DNA of 64,000 nt, from contig JAKAGT010000022.1 in assembly GCA_021825585.1 (NCBI GenBank), positions 2,807 through 66,806 of the forward strand. The letters run 5' to 3'. Under the pieces are notes generated by a model. That model did not search any database, had not been told where the DNA came from, and worked only from the letters and a program-made list of their open reading frames with translations. The stretch's first letter is position 1, and each line of letters opens with the position of its first letter. This document shows, one piece after another, positions 30,167 through 38,478 of this stretch. Position numbers and translations under genes: made by a program. Source of the DNA: Bacteroidota bacterium (GTDB lineage: Bacteria > Bacteroidota > Ignavibacteria > Kryptoniales > JAKASW01).

Positions 30167-30262
30167 TTAACGAATCTTTTTCTTGTGACGCATCTTGCGG
30201 AGACGTTTTTTGCGCTTGTGTGTTGCCATTTTGTGGCGTTTTCGTTTTTTACCACTTGGCAT
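30167..30262 (-). CDS. 31-aa hyper-basic microprotein (bS22 / AURKAIP1-COX24-like), below the ORF-track cutoff
   Basis: My translation of the complement of 30262-30167 is MPSGKKRKRHKMATHKRKKRLRKMRHKKKIR*. The ATG lies 1 nt after the stop of the upstream zinc-ribbon/TPR gene. From memory, this sequence type is conserved in Bacteroidota-like genomes and resembles small ribosomal protein bS22. Confidence 0.6.
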   Translation of the reverse strand: MPSGKKRKRHKMATHKRKKRLRKMRHKKKIR

Positions 30263-30263
30263 T

Positions 30264-31253
30264 CTACTTCACCTCCTGATTGCCGATGTTTGCATGTTCT
30301 ACTAAAGTTTGTTGCGCCCGCTTACCGATGTCGGTGTTGGGGTCGATTTTCACACATTTCTTGAGGGCATCATTCGCCTTATCGAATTCCCCGAGATTCA
30401 TATATACAACCGCGATATTGAACCAACCTATTTGATGCCGGGGATCCATTTTCAGGGCTTGCTTCAACTCGTCAAGCGCTTCCTGCGTATGCCCGCCCTC
30501 AAAAAGAGTCACACCGTAGTCAACGCGCGCGTTTACATCGGTCGACTTATCCGCTAAATAACGCTTGTAATATATCGCCGCCTGATCGTACATCTGGTTA
30601 TCCTGAAGCATGTTGGCGAGCTTCAGAGTGGATTTGAAATCTGATGGATCCTTGTCGACTACTTCCCGCAGACGATTAATCTCGTGCAGCACGTCCGCAC
30701 TCGGCTGGCCCGTCGATGTCGTCTGTTGCTGCGAAGTCGCGCCGGAAACATCCTGTGAGGAAGCCGTCGGCTTCGAGCTCATCAGTCCGTAGACGAGGAT
30801 GCCCCCGAGGAGTATTGCCGCAGCTATGGAGGCAATCTGATAAGGCTCAAGGTGAAGCTTCTTCCCCGAAGCCGATGCCTGCTGAGGTTTGCGCTGCTCG
30901 TTTACTTTCTTTCCTTGTTGCTTCTGAGATTGTTTGCGTTGAGTCTGCCGGCCTGCGGGCTTTTTCGGCTCGGCTGCCGCCTGAGAGGACGAGGCGACTT
31001 CGTCATGATGTTCTACAACTTCTGTTTTTGCCCCACCGAGGAAGGTTCCACACGATTCACAGGACCGCGAATCAATCTTGTTCCGGAAGCCGCACGTAGG
31101 ACAGACCAGTTCTTCCCGGGCTTCCTCTTTTTTTTCAACGACTTCACTTATGGGTTCACCATGCACTTCGGGAATTTTAGCTCCACAGCTCGGACAGAAG
31201 TTAAACCCGGCGGCAACTTCGGTCCCGCACTGTGGACAATACCTGGCCGTCAT
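30264..31253 (-). CDS. double zinc-ribbon / TM / TPR-repeat protein
   Basis: 329 aa. N-terminal CPQCG...CPSCG and CPTCG...CESCG zinc ribbons. A K/Q-rich linker, one TM helix (IAAAILLGGILVYGL) and C-terminal TPR repeats follow. The start overlaps the HU stop by 4 nt. Confidence 0.6.
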   Translation of the reverse strand: MTARYCPQCGTEVAAGFNFCPSCGAKIPEVHGEPISEVVEKKEEAREELVCPTCGFRNKIDSRSCESCGTFLGGAKTEVVEHHDEVASSSQAAAEPKKPAGRQTQRKQSQKQQGKKVNEQRKPQQASASGKKLHLEPYQIASIAAAILLGGILVYGLMSSKPTASSQDVSGATSQQQTTSTGQPSADVLHEINRLREVVDKDPSDFKSTLKLANMLQDNQMYDQAAIYYKRYLADKSTDVNARVDYGVTLFEGGHTQEALDELKQALKMDPRHQIGWFNIAVVYMNLGEFDKANDALKKCVKIDPNTDIGKRAQQTLVEHANIGNQEVK

Positions 31254-31591
31254 TTCTGGGCTGCCTCCTCGACGTTTCCCTGCTCGCCGCCAGTTTCGCT
31301 CCTGCCGAGATGCTCATCCACAAATGCCTTGAACTCCTTGGACACCTTGAAATAAGGGACAAATTGTTCTTTGACGGGGTAGGCTTGTCCTGTTTTCGGA
31401 TTGCGTGCCATCCGTCCCTTTCGTTTGCGAATTTTAAAGCTGCCGAACCCTCTGATCTCAATCGCCTTTCCTTCAGCCAGAGCGTTTCTCACGGAAGTAA
31501 GAAATCCTTCCACAACCGCCTGTGTCTCAATCTTCGTCAACCCCGTTCGCAAGGCAATTTCTTCGACTATGTCAGCTTTAGTAACGCTCAT
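31250..31591 (-). CDS. HU/IHF-family DNA-binding protein with C-terminal extension
   Basis: 113 aa. ...IEIRGFGSFKIRKRKGRMARNPKTGQAYPV... is the HU/IHF beta-arm signature. Confidence 0.85.
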   Translation of the reverse strand: MSVTKADIVEEIALRTGLTKIETQAVVEGFLTSVRNALAEGKAIEIRGFGSFKIRKRKGRMARNPKTGQAYPVKEQFVPYFKVSKEFKAFVDEHLGRSETGGEQGNVEEAAQK

Positions 31592-31611
31592 TACTCTCCC
31601 TTTCTATTGCT

Positions 31612-32526
31612 CTATTGCGCAAATCTGTATTGCAAGATCGGTTGCTCGATAAAATCCTTTTCAAAAATGTGGAGCTTCGAGATGAAGTCCCCGAAGACGA
31701 GGTCGAACAGCGTCTTTCGTTCAGCGGGCTCGACGACAACCGGTTTACCTTTGATACCTCCCAGATTAGCGGCGATCTTGATTGCATCCTGAAATGAGCC
31801 GAGAGTATCTACCAAACCAAGTTTCAATGCCTGCGCTCCAGTGAATACACGTCCGTCGGCGAATTTCTTGAGCTTATCAATCGGAAGTTTGCGGTCCTCA
31901 GCAACGACGTTAAGAAACTGGTCAAAACTATTCTCTACTACACCCTGGAAATATTTCTTGTCCTGTTCCGTCATCTGCCTGAACGGCGATCCGGAATCCT
32001 TGTACTTCCCGCTCTTGATGACGTCCATCTCAAGACCGAGCTTCGTCATAAGCTTGGCATAGTTTGGAAACATTGCGATAACACCTATGCTCCCCGTTAT
32101 TGTCCCCGGGTCGGCAACAATTCGCGTGGCACCGCAGCTGACATAATATCCGCCGCTTGCAGCAAGCGAACCCATCGATACCACAATTGGTTTGACGGTA
32201 TCGCTTATCGACTTGACCTCTTCGTAGATTTCCTGGCTAGCCGCTACTCCGCCTCCCGGACTGTCGACACGAAGGACGATCGCCTTGACACTCGAGTTTT
32301 CTGCGACAGTCTGGAGTGCCGAGACGATTTGCCTGGATGACAATATTGTTCCGGTCAAATTGACGACGGCCACCTTGGAACCGGCCCCCGAAAGATCATA
32401 CCCGTTCTGAAATGTCTCCCTGCCTGAAAAGAGCAGAGCTATTAACAGGCTGCCTAAAACAACGAAACCGATTACCCAAAGGAATACTTTTGTCGATCTT
32501 CTCATCTGTGTAAGTCTTAATTGCAC
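31612..32526 (-). CDS. sppA: signal peptide peptidase SppA (36K type, S49 family)
   Basis: 304 aa. N-terminal TM helix. RVDSPGGGV and GSLAASGGYYVSC (catalytic Ser) motifs. Confidence 0.85.
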   Translation of the reverse strand: MQLRLTQMRRSTKVFLWVIGFVVLGSLLIALLFSGRETFQNGYDLSGAGSKVAVVNLTGTILSSRQIVSALQTVAENSSVKAIVLRVDSPGGGVAASQEIYEEVKSISDTVKPIVVSMGSLAASGGYYVSCGATRIVADPGTITGSIGVIAMFPNYAKLMTKLGLEMDVIKSGKYKDSGSPFRQMTEQDKKYFQGVVENSFDQFLNVVAEDRKLPIDKLKKFADGRVFTGAQALKLGLVDTLGSFQDAIKIAANLGGIKGKPVVVEPAERKTLFDLVFGDFISKLHIFEKDFIEQPILQYRFAQ

Positions 32527-32634
32527 AACATTTTACCACTATTAGCAGACAAAATCAATTTAAAACCATGTCTGTCACCGGAACACCCCAAGTTCCGTGT
32601 CCCCTCTCCAAACGGTCAAGAACTATCGCGCGAC

Positions 32635-33033
32635 TCAGCCCACGTTTATTTTGAACACGCTTCCGATGATTACGCTGGCCACAATCACCAGGAAGACAAT
32701 AAGTGTGACGCCGACGTACTTGAAGTCCTTCTCTTTCCAGAACGCGATGATGGAAATGAAAACGCGGCCGACCGGCGTCAGGATCAGACTAACCGTGCCC
32801 AGGTAAAGGAATGCCCGGGGGTGGAGGGCAATCAAATACGAGAAGAACTCCCCAAACGAATGGAAATACTGATTCGCCAATGATGGAATCGGACGGCCCT
32901 TGACAAACAGGAGTATTAGCCCGACGAGATAGAATCCCACGGTTGAGAACATCCCGGTCGCGAGGATTATTGCCACAACCCTGTTGATAAACTGGGTCTC
33001 AGATTTCAGAGATTCCTGCCCTTTATTGCTCAT
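32635..33033 (-). CDS. DUF1634-like small membrane protein
   Basis: 132 aa with 3-4 TM helices. It overlaps the upstream TauE/SafE gene by 4 nt, the usual TauE + DUF1634 pairing. Confidence 0.55.
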   Translation of the reverse strand: MSNKGQESLKSETQFINRVVAIILATGMFSTVGFYLVGLILLFVKGRPIPSLANQYFHSFGEFFSYLIALHPRAFLYLGTVSLILTPVGRVFISIIAFWKEKDFKYVGVTLIVFLVIVASVIIGSVFKINVG

Positions 33034-33974
33034 AACAATCCCGGGATCCTAAGATTGAATCCATTTATAAGTCCGTTAGCTATCATCTCATATCCAAGAT
33101 AGATCATTATCAGAAAGAAGACGGTTTTTATCACGCGGCTGTGAAGTTTGTTCATCACGACGCTCCCCATTGTCGCTCCAAGCATCGTACCGAGCGCAAC
33201 AGGCGCAACGATGTACACGTCGATCCCGCCCGCAAGAAAGTAAACCACGGCGCTCGTAGCGGCGGTAACGCCGATCATAAACTTGCTCGTACCGACTGCG
33301 GCCTTCATTGGAATATGCATCATTGAATTCATCGCCGCGACTTTAATGACGCCTCCACCTATTCCAAGCAACCCGGAGCCGACACCGGCGAGCGACGAGA
33401 CGAGGCTTCCCTCAATCGTTTTTGTCGCGTGGTATTCAATCTCCTTATCGACAGCCTCGTCATGATATGAGCCTTCCAGCATCATCGTGCGGGAGAGCTT
33501 GTCGCCGCCAATTGCACTGTATCCTCCCGACTCGATCAGCCGGTCCTCCGTCTCGCGCGTCCTGAATGATACGATTGCCATGTAAAAAATAAGAGCTCCG
33601 AATATTAAGCTTAGAGTCCAACCGTGCATGAGCACGCCGATGAACGCTCCTATCAGAGCGCCGGCAGTCGTGGAAATTTCAAGAAACATTCCCAAACGGA
33701 CATTGGTGATTTGTTGATCCACATAGGAGAGCGCGCCCGCGATAGAAGTAGCAATTACGGACACGATGCTCGCAGCTATAGCGGTGTGTATAGGCAAATG
33801 GAACAGAAGAGTCAAAGCGGGTACTATGATTATTCCGCCGCCGATCCCCACCAGGGCTCCAAAAAAGCCGGCAAAGATCGCCACCAGGAACAGAAACAGA
33901 AAAGTAGTAAACATTATAAAAATATATTTATCGGAGCGTGAAAAAACAAAGTCATTCCGCGCGATCCGTGTCAC
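33030..33974 (-). CDS. TauE/SafE-family anion exporter
   Basis: 314 aa. Two homologous 4-TM halves with G-rich motifs (GALVGIGGGIIIVP / GSGLLGIGGGVIKV) around a central soluble loop. Confidence 0.75.
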   Translation of the reverse strand: MTRIARNDFVFSRSDKYIFIMFTTFLFLFLVAIFAGFFGALVGIGGGIIIVPALTLLFHLPIHTAIAASIVSVIATSIAGALSYVDQQITNVRLGMFLEISTTAGALIGAFIGVLMHGWTLSLIFGALIFYMAIVSFRTRETEDRLIESGGYSAIGGDKLSRTMMLEGSYHDEAVDKEIEYHATKTIEGSLVSSLAGVGSGLLGIGGGVIKVAAMNSMMHIPMKAAVGTSKFMIGVTAATSAVVYFLAGGIDVYIVAPVALGTMLGATMGSVVMNKLHSRVIKTVFFLIMIYLGYEMIANGLINGFNLRIPGLL

Positions 33975-34043
33975 GATTTTGTTTGCGCACTTATTCCCAT
34001 TTGGCTAAATTTAGCACGTGAACTCCATCAAAATTCCGGACTG

Positions 34044-34970
34044 ATGAGGCGACTCACGAATTTCCTTAAACTGATGAGACCCATCCAATGGGTCAAAAAT
34101 GTGTTCGTCGTCGTCCCTCTGATATTCTCCAAGAATCTCTTCAATGTCTCATTGTTTTCTCAGTCATTCCTGACTTTTCTCTCATTCTGCATGGCTGCCT
34201 CTTCTATTTATATTGTCAACGACATCGCAGACAGGAAGTTAGACATCATTCACCCGGTCAAGAAGACTCGCCCCATTGCCTCCGGGGAGGTATCCATCGG
34301 TGCGGGACTGGTGACATCGGCAGTCCTGCTGATACTCTCGTTTCTTCTTCTATCACTCGGAAGAGTCCCGCCGGGCTGCTGGCTGGCAATCTCCACATAC
34401 GTTGTCGTGAACTTGTTCTACTCCTTCGCTTTGAAGAAGGTCGTCCTCATAGACGTTTTTGTAATCGCGGTTGGATTCATCCTCAGAATTCTCGCGGGCG
34501 GTTACGCCATCGATGTAAAGATTTCCAGCTGGCTCATCATGACTACCCTCTTCATTGCGATTTTCCTGGGCATTGCGAAGCGAAGGAGTGAATTTGTCCA
34601 GATGGAGGGGAGCCCCAGTGAGACGGCACGAAAGGTCCTCGCCGATTACGACCTGAGCCTGATCGACCAGATACTTTCTGTATCTGCAGCGAGTGTAATC
34701 ATCACATACGCACTATACACGGTCTCCGAGCGGACGGTCCATGCGTTTGGGACCGAAGCTTTGATTTTTACGACTATCTTCGTCGTGTACGGAATTTTCA
34801 GATATTTGTACCTCATACATAAGATGGGGCTCGGCGAGAATCCCACCGGGGTGATTCTTGCGGATAAGCCGATGATAATCAACATAGTCTTTTACGTTAT
34901 CTCACTGGTCGCAATCATATATAAGCAGGAACTCATACACATAATCTTGAAGTATGTCTCTCTCTCCTGA
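34044..34970 (+). CDS. UbiA-family prenyl-phosphate phosphoribosyltransferase (decaprenyl-phosphate PRTase-like)
   Basis: 308 aa. MRPIQWVKNVFVVVPLIFS start. NDIADRKLDIIHPVKKTRPIASGEVS is the UbiA Asp-rich motif in the DPPR-synthase-like form. 8-9 TM helices. Confidence 0.7.
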   Translation: MRRLTNFLKLMRPIQWVKNVFVVVPLIFSKNLFNVSLFSQSFLTFLSFCMAASSIYIVNDIADRKLDIIHPVKKTRPIASGEVSIGAGLVTSAVLLILSFLLLSLGRVPPGCWLAISTYVVVNLFYSFALKKVVLIDVFVIAVGFILRILAGGYAIDVKISSWLIMTTLFIAIFLGIAKRRSEFVQMEGSPSETARKVLADYDLSLIDQILSVSAASVIITYALYTVSERTVHAFGTEALIFTTIFVVYGIFRYLYLIHKMGLGENPTGVILADKPMIINIVFYVISLVAIIYKQELIHIILKYVSLS

Positions 34971-35847
34971 TGCCCGGCCCGGCAAAGCCGAGACAGGTTC
35001 CCGGCGGCGCAGTGCCGAGCTGATTCTTTTCTCAATAACCTTCATCTGGGGCGGGACCTTCGCCGTCGTGAAATTTGCCCTGGGAGATGCCTCACCGCTT
35101 ACCTTTGTAGCCATAAGATTCGGCATAGCGTCCTTATTGTTTCCACTGATTTACCGCAAGAACTACCTGAAGATGGATAAGGGTACGCTTGCCAGCGGTT
35201 TACTCCTCGGTTTTCTCCTTATGATCGGATTTGCGTTCCAGACGGTAGGGCTGAAATACACGACGGCTTCCAAGTCCGCATTCATTACGGGACTTCTCGT
35301 CGCCTTCACGCCAATCGCACAGGCTGTCATAGAAAAGAAAATGCCTACGAAAGGGAATCTTATCGGCGTAGGCCTCGTGGCAATCGGGCTCTTCCTTCTC
35401 ACATCTCCCGGCGGACAGGGGTTTAACATCGGGGATTTACTCACTCTCGGATGCGCGATTTCTTATGCAATCTACATCGTCTACCTCGATATCTATTCCA
35501 AGAAACACGACGTGGCGAAGTTGACACTCCTCCAGCTATCCGAGACCGCCGTGCTTTCAATCGTGGCAGCTCCTTTCTTCGAAACGATGCACGTTTACTT
35601 CACCGCAGGTTTCATATGGGCGCTCGCGTACACGGCCATCCTTGCCACCGTTTTCGCCACCTACCTTCAAACCAAGTATCAGCGTGAGACTACTCCCGTA
35701 AGGGCGGCCATCATCTTCTCCATGGAACCCGTCCTCGCTAACGTCATAGCCTTCCTGGCTTTCGGGGAATTCGTCGGAGTAATCGGCGCGATTGGAGGGG
35801 TGCTCATTGTTGCGGGACTTCTTACCTCCGAATTGCTCGACTGGTAA
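34954..35847 (+). CDS. DMT-superfamily (EamA) transporter
   Basis: 297 aa with 10 predicted TM helices in two EamA halves. The start overlaps the previous gene by 17 nt. Confidence 0.75.
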   Translation: MSLSPDARPGKAETGSRRRSAELILFSITFIWGGTFAVVKFALGDASPLTFVAIRFGIASLLFPLIYRKNYLKMDKGTLASGLLLGFLLMIGFAFQTVGLKYTTASKSAFITGLLVAFTPIAQAVIEKKMPTKGNLIGVGLVAIGLFLLTSPGGQGFNIGDLLTLGCAISYAIYIVYLDIYSKKHDVAKLTLLQLSETAVLSIVAAPFFETMHVYFTAGFIWALAYTAILATVFATYLQTKYQRETTPVRAAIIFSMEPVLANVIAFLAFGEFVGVIGAIGGVLIVAGLLTSELLDW

Positions 35848-36076
35848 CGGGGACCGATTCACTTGCCGGACAGGCCCCCATACCGTTTTCGCCAGGACGT
35901 GGCTTTCTTCGCATTGGATTCGTCAACGCGGCACAAAGCACTCTCTTCGATTTAGCATGATATATGATCCCTTGAGATATTTGGCCGGTTGGCAGGGGGA
36001 ACAGCCGGCGCGGCTTATCCGTTTATAGATTGTCGGCAAAACTGCTCCAGGAAATCAACCAAGCTTAGGGACGCAT

Positions 36077-36913
36077 ATGCAAGATAGTGCAGCAACGGAA
36101 TCGCGGAGACTCAACGAAAGAGACGTTAGCCCGGCAGATATAGACCACTACAGGGCAAACGGATACGTTTGCTTGTCGGCCGTGGCAACCCAGGAGGAGA
36201 TAAAGACTTTTCGGCCCGTTATCGAAAACGTGGTTAGGGCGACCACCGAGAGCCGCGATACACAAGGGAGGCTCGACGACTACAGCAAGATGTTTCAGCA
36301 GGTCACAAACGCGTGGAGACTCGACCGGAGAGTCGAAGAGTTTGTCCTTGCGAGGAAGTTCGGCAGAATCGCCGCACGATTGATGGGAGTGAAAGGAGTC
36401 CGCCTGTATCATGACCAGGCGCTTTTCAAACCGCCCGGCGGCGAAAGGACTTATTGGCATCAGGATATGTTTTACTGGCCGCTCGACACGGACAGGACCA
36501 TTACAATGTGGATGCCTTTGGTCGATGTGGATGCCGGAATGGGGACAATGATCTTCGCGTGTGGCTCCCATCGGGACGGGCTTGTGAGTGCTTCGCCCAT
36601 CTCCGAATCGGCCGGCGAATTCGTCGGGAAAGTGGTAAAAGAAAAAGGGTACGAGTGCCGCAGCCATGTTCTGAAGGCAGGCGATGCCACATTTCATTCG
36701 GGATATACGATCCATTCCGCTTATCCGAACAAGAGCGAATCGACCAGAGAGGTCATGACAGTCATCTACTATGCTGACGGCACCCGGCTCCTTGAGAGAC
36801 CGAACGAGTACCAGGTCGTCGACATGAACGTTTTCCTACCCGGTACCAGGCCCGGTGACCCTGCCGTAAGTCCACTGAACCCGATCGTGTACGAAGAGAC
36901 TATTGCAGTCTAG
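36077..36913 (+). CDS. phytanoyl-CoA dioxygenase (PhyH) family Fe(II)/2-oxoglutarate oxygenase
   Basis: 278 aa. HQDMFYWPLD (H-x-D iron ligands) and a distal His (TFHSGYTIHSA). N-terminal YRANGYV is typical of the family. Confidence 0.75.
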   Translation: MQDSAATESRRLNERDVSPADIDHYRANGYVCLSAVATQEEIKTFRPVIENVVRATTESRDTQGRLDDYSKMFQQVTNAWRLDRRVEEFVLARKFGRIAARLMGVKGVRLYHDQALFKPPGGERTYWHQDMFYWPLDTDRTITMWMPLVDVDAGMGTMIFACGSHRDGLVSASPISESAGEFVGKVVKEKGYECRSHVLKAGDATFHSGYTIHSAYPNKSESTREVMTVIYYADGTRLLERPNEYQVVDMNVFLPGTRPGDPAVSPLNPIVYEETIAV

Positions 36914-37019
36914 TCTCGCTCATCGATAGCTCTTTAGCTGCGTTAAGCAATCTATCCCGCGGGCATAGACGGCATGTGAGCCGAACGCCGGGTAGTGACT
37001 CAGGTTGCGCGATTCGTTA

Positions 37020-37048
37020 TGCTGAATTTGATTCAGCACCTGGTTTTT
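37020..37048 (+). terminator. weak candidate terminator after the PhyH gene
   Basis: TGCTGAAT-TTG-ATTCAGCA (8-bp AT-rich stem) is followed by CCTGG and then T5. It lies ~107 nt after the stop. The AT-rich stem and offset T-run lower my confidence. Confidence 0.35.
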
Positions 37049-37116
37049 GGAACACGAATCAACTTCGGGGTGACAATAGAAATCGGAAATGAACTGCTAC
37101 CGAACGCCGCGCAATC

Positions 37117-37145
37117 TTGACATTCCGTAAACAGAGAGTTAGATT
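37117..37145 (+). promoter_or_regulatory. candidate sigma-70-type promoter for the AmmeMemoRadiSam operon
   Basis: TTGACA (37117-37122), a 17-nt spacer, then TAGATT (37140-37145). It lies ~86 nt upstream of the ATG at 37231. Pattern match only. Confidence 0.35.
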
Positions 37146-37230
37146 TTCAGCGAGGCATAGTCGTGCGCCGGGCATTTCAGATTGAAGTCCGTCAGGGACA
37201 GAATACAAGATTGATTATTCACCATGAAAG

Positions 37231-38472
37231 ATGAGCGAGCATAGTCTTTCAAGGAGAGAATTCCTTTCTAAATCAGGCCTGCTGATCGGCTGCGGTTATC
37301 TTGCACTTTCCTCCCCGATTATTGTCGAAGACTTACTCCGGTTGTTAAGCGGAGGACCGCGTTGCGCCTGGGGGCAGAGCCCCGATGCCGCTTCGCACGC
37401 CGCTCGCTACTGGATCGCCGCTAATTCTCCGGGTGTCGATTGCCTTTCATGTCATTCGATGTCGCAACTTGAAGGCAAGAAGCAGTACGATCACGAAGAG
37501 AAGTTTGTGAAATGCCTTCTGTGTGCCCAGGGGTGCGTCATGAAGGAGAATGAGCGCGGGAAATGCAGGGCAAGAATCAACATTAACGGTAATCTAAGAA
37601 GCCTTGTATATGGTAAACCGATAGCGATTCATATCGATCCGATAGAGAAGAAACCTTTCTTCCATTTCCTGCCGGGGAGCCAGGCTTACTCATTTGCCAC
37701 TGCAGGCTGCCCGCTGTCATGCCAGTTCTGCCAGAACTGGGAAATCTCGCAGTCAAAGCCGGAGGACTTTTCGGTCAGGTTCATTCCGCCCGCCGAGATA
37801 GCCGATGACAGTGAATCCCAAAAGGCCCCCATAATAGCCTTTACCTATAACGAGCCGACTGTGTTTATCGAGTATCTGACGGACGTAGCGCGAGAGGCAA
37901 GGAAGAAGAAGATCAGGTCGGTAATGGTCAGCTGCGGGTTCATGAACGAGGAGCCGCTTAGGGAAATGTGCGAGGTACTCGATGCGATCAAAATAGATCT
38001 GAAGGGATTCAGCGAAGACTTCTATCACAGAGTCTGCTCCGCTGAACTCAAGCCGGTGCTGCGAAGCATAAAACAGGTCTCAAAAACCGATGCTCATTTG
38101 GAGATTGTAAACCTGGTCGTGCCGACATTGAACGATTCCGACGGGATGCTGAATGAACTTTCAAACTGGATTATGGGAGAGACAGGGCCCGATGTACCGG
38201 TCCATTTCACCAGGTTCCATCCGGATTATAAACTGCTGAACCTTCCGCCGACGCCGATCTCCACGTTGGAACGTGCGAGAGAAATCGCAATGTCGAAAGG
38301 AATTCACTATGCTTTTGTCGGCAACGTTCCGGGTCACCCTGGCAGCTCAACATATTGCCCGAACTGCGGCAAAGTTGTGATAAATCGAACCGGTTTCTTC
38401 GTAACAGAAAATCACATAAAGAACCGGCGCTGCAAGTATTGCGGCCATATCATTGCCGGCGTCTGGAGCTAG
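37231..38472 (+). CDS. AmmeMemoRadiSam-system radical SAM enzyme (AmrS-like) with N-terminal twin-arginine motif
   Basis: 413 aa. Radical SAM CPLSCQFCQNW (Cx3Cx2C). An upstream Cys cluster VKCLLCAQGCVMKENERGKCRAR and a C-terminal CPNCG...CKYCG ribbon are typical of this family. N-terminal SRREFLSKSGLLIGCGYLAL matches S/T-R-R-x-F-L-K plus an h-region. Confidence 0.8.
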   Translation: MSEHSLSRREFLSKSGLLIGCGYLALSSPIIVEDLLRLLSGGPRCAWGQSPDAASHAARYWIAANSPGVDCLSCHSMSQLEGKKQYDHEEKFVKCLLCAQGCVMKENERGKCRARININGNLRSLVYGKPIAIHIDPIEKKPFFHFLPGSQAYSFATAGCPLSCQFCQNWEISQSKPEDFSVRFIPPAEIADDSESQKAPIIAFTYNEPTVFIEYLTDVAREARKKKIRSVMVSCGFMNEEPLREMCEVLDAIKIDLKGFSEDFYHRVCSAELKPVLRSIKQVSKTDAHLEIVNLVVPTLNDSDGMLNELSNWIMGETGPDVPVHFTRFHPDYKLLNLPPTPISTLERAREIAMSKGIHYAFVGNVPGHPGSSTYCPNCGKVVINRTGFFVTENHIKNRRCKYCGHIIAGVWS

Positions 38473-38478
38473 ACTTTC

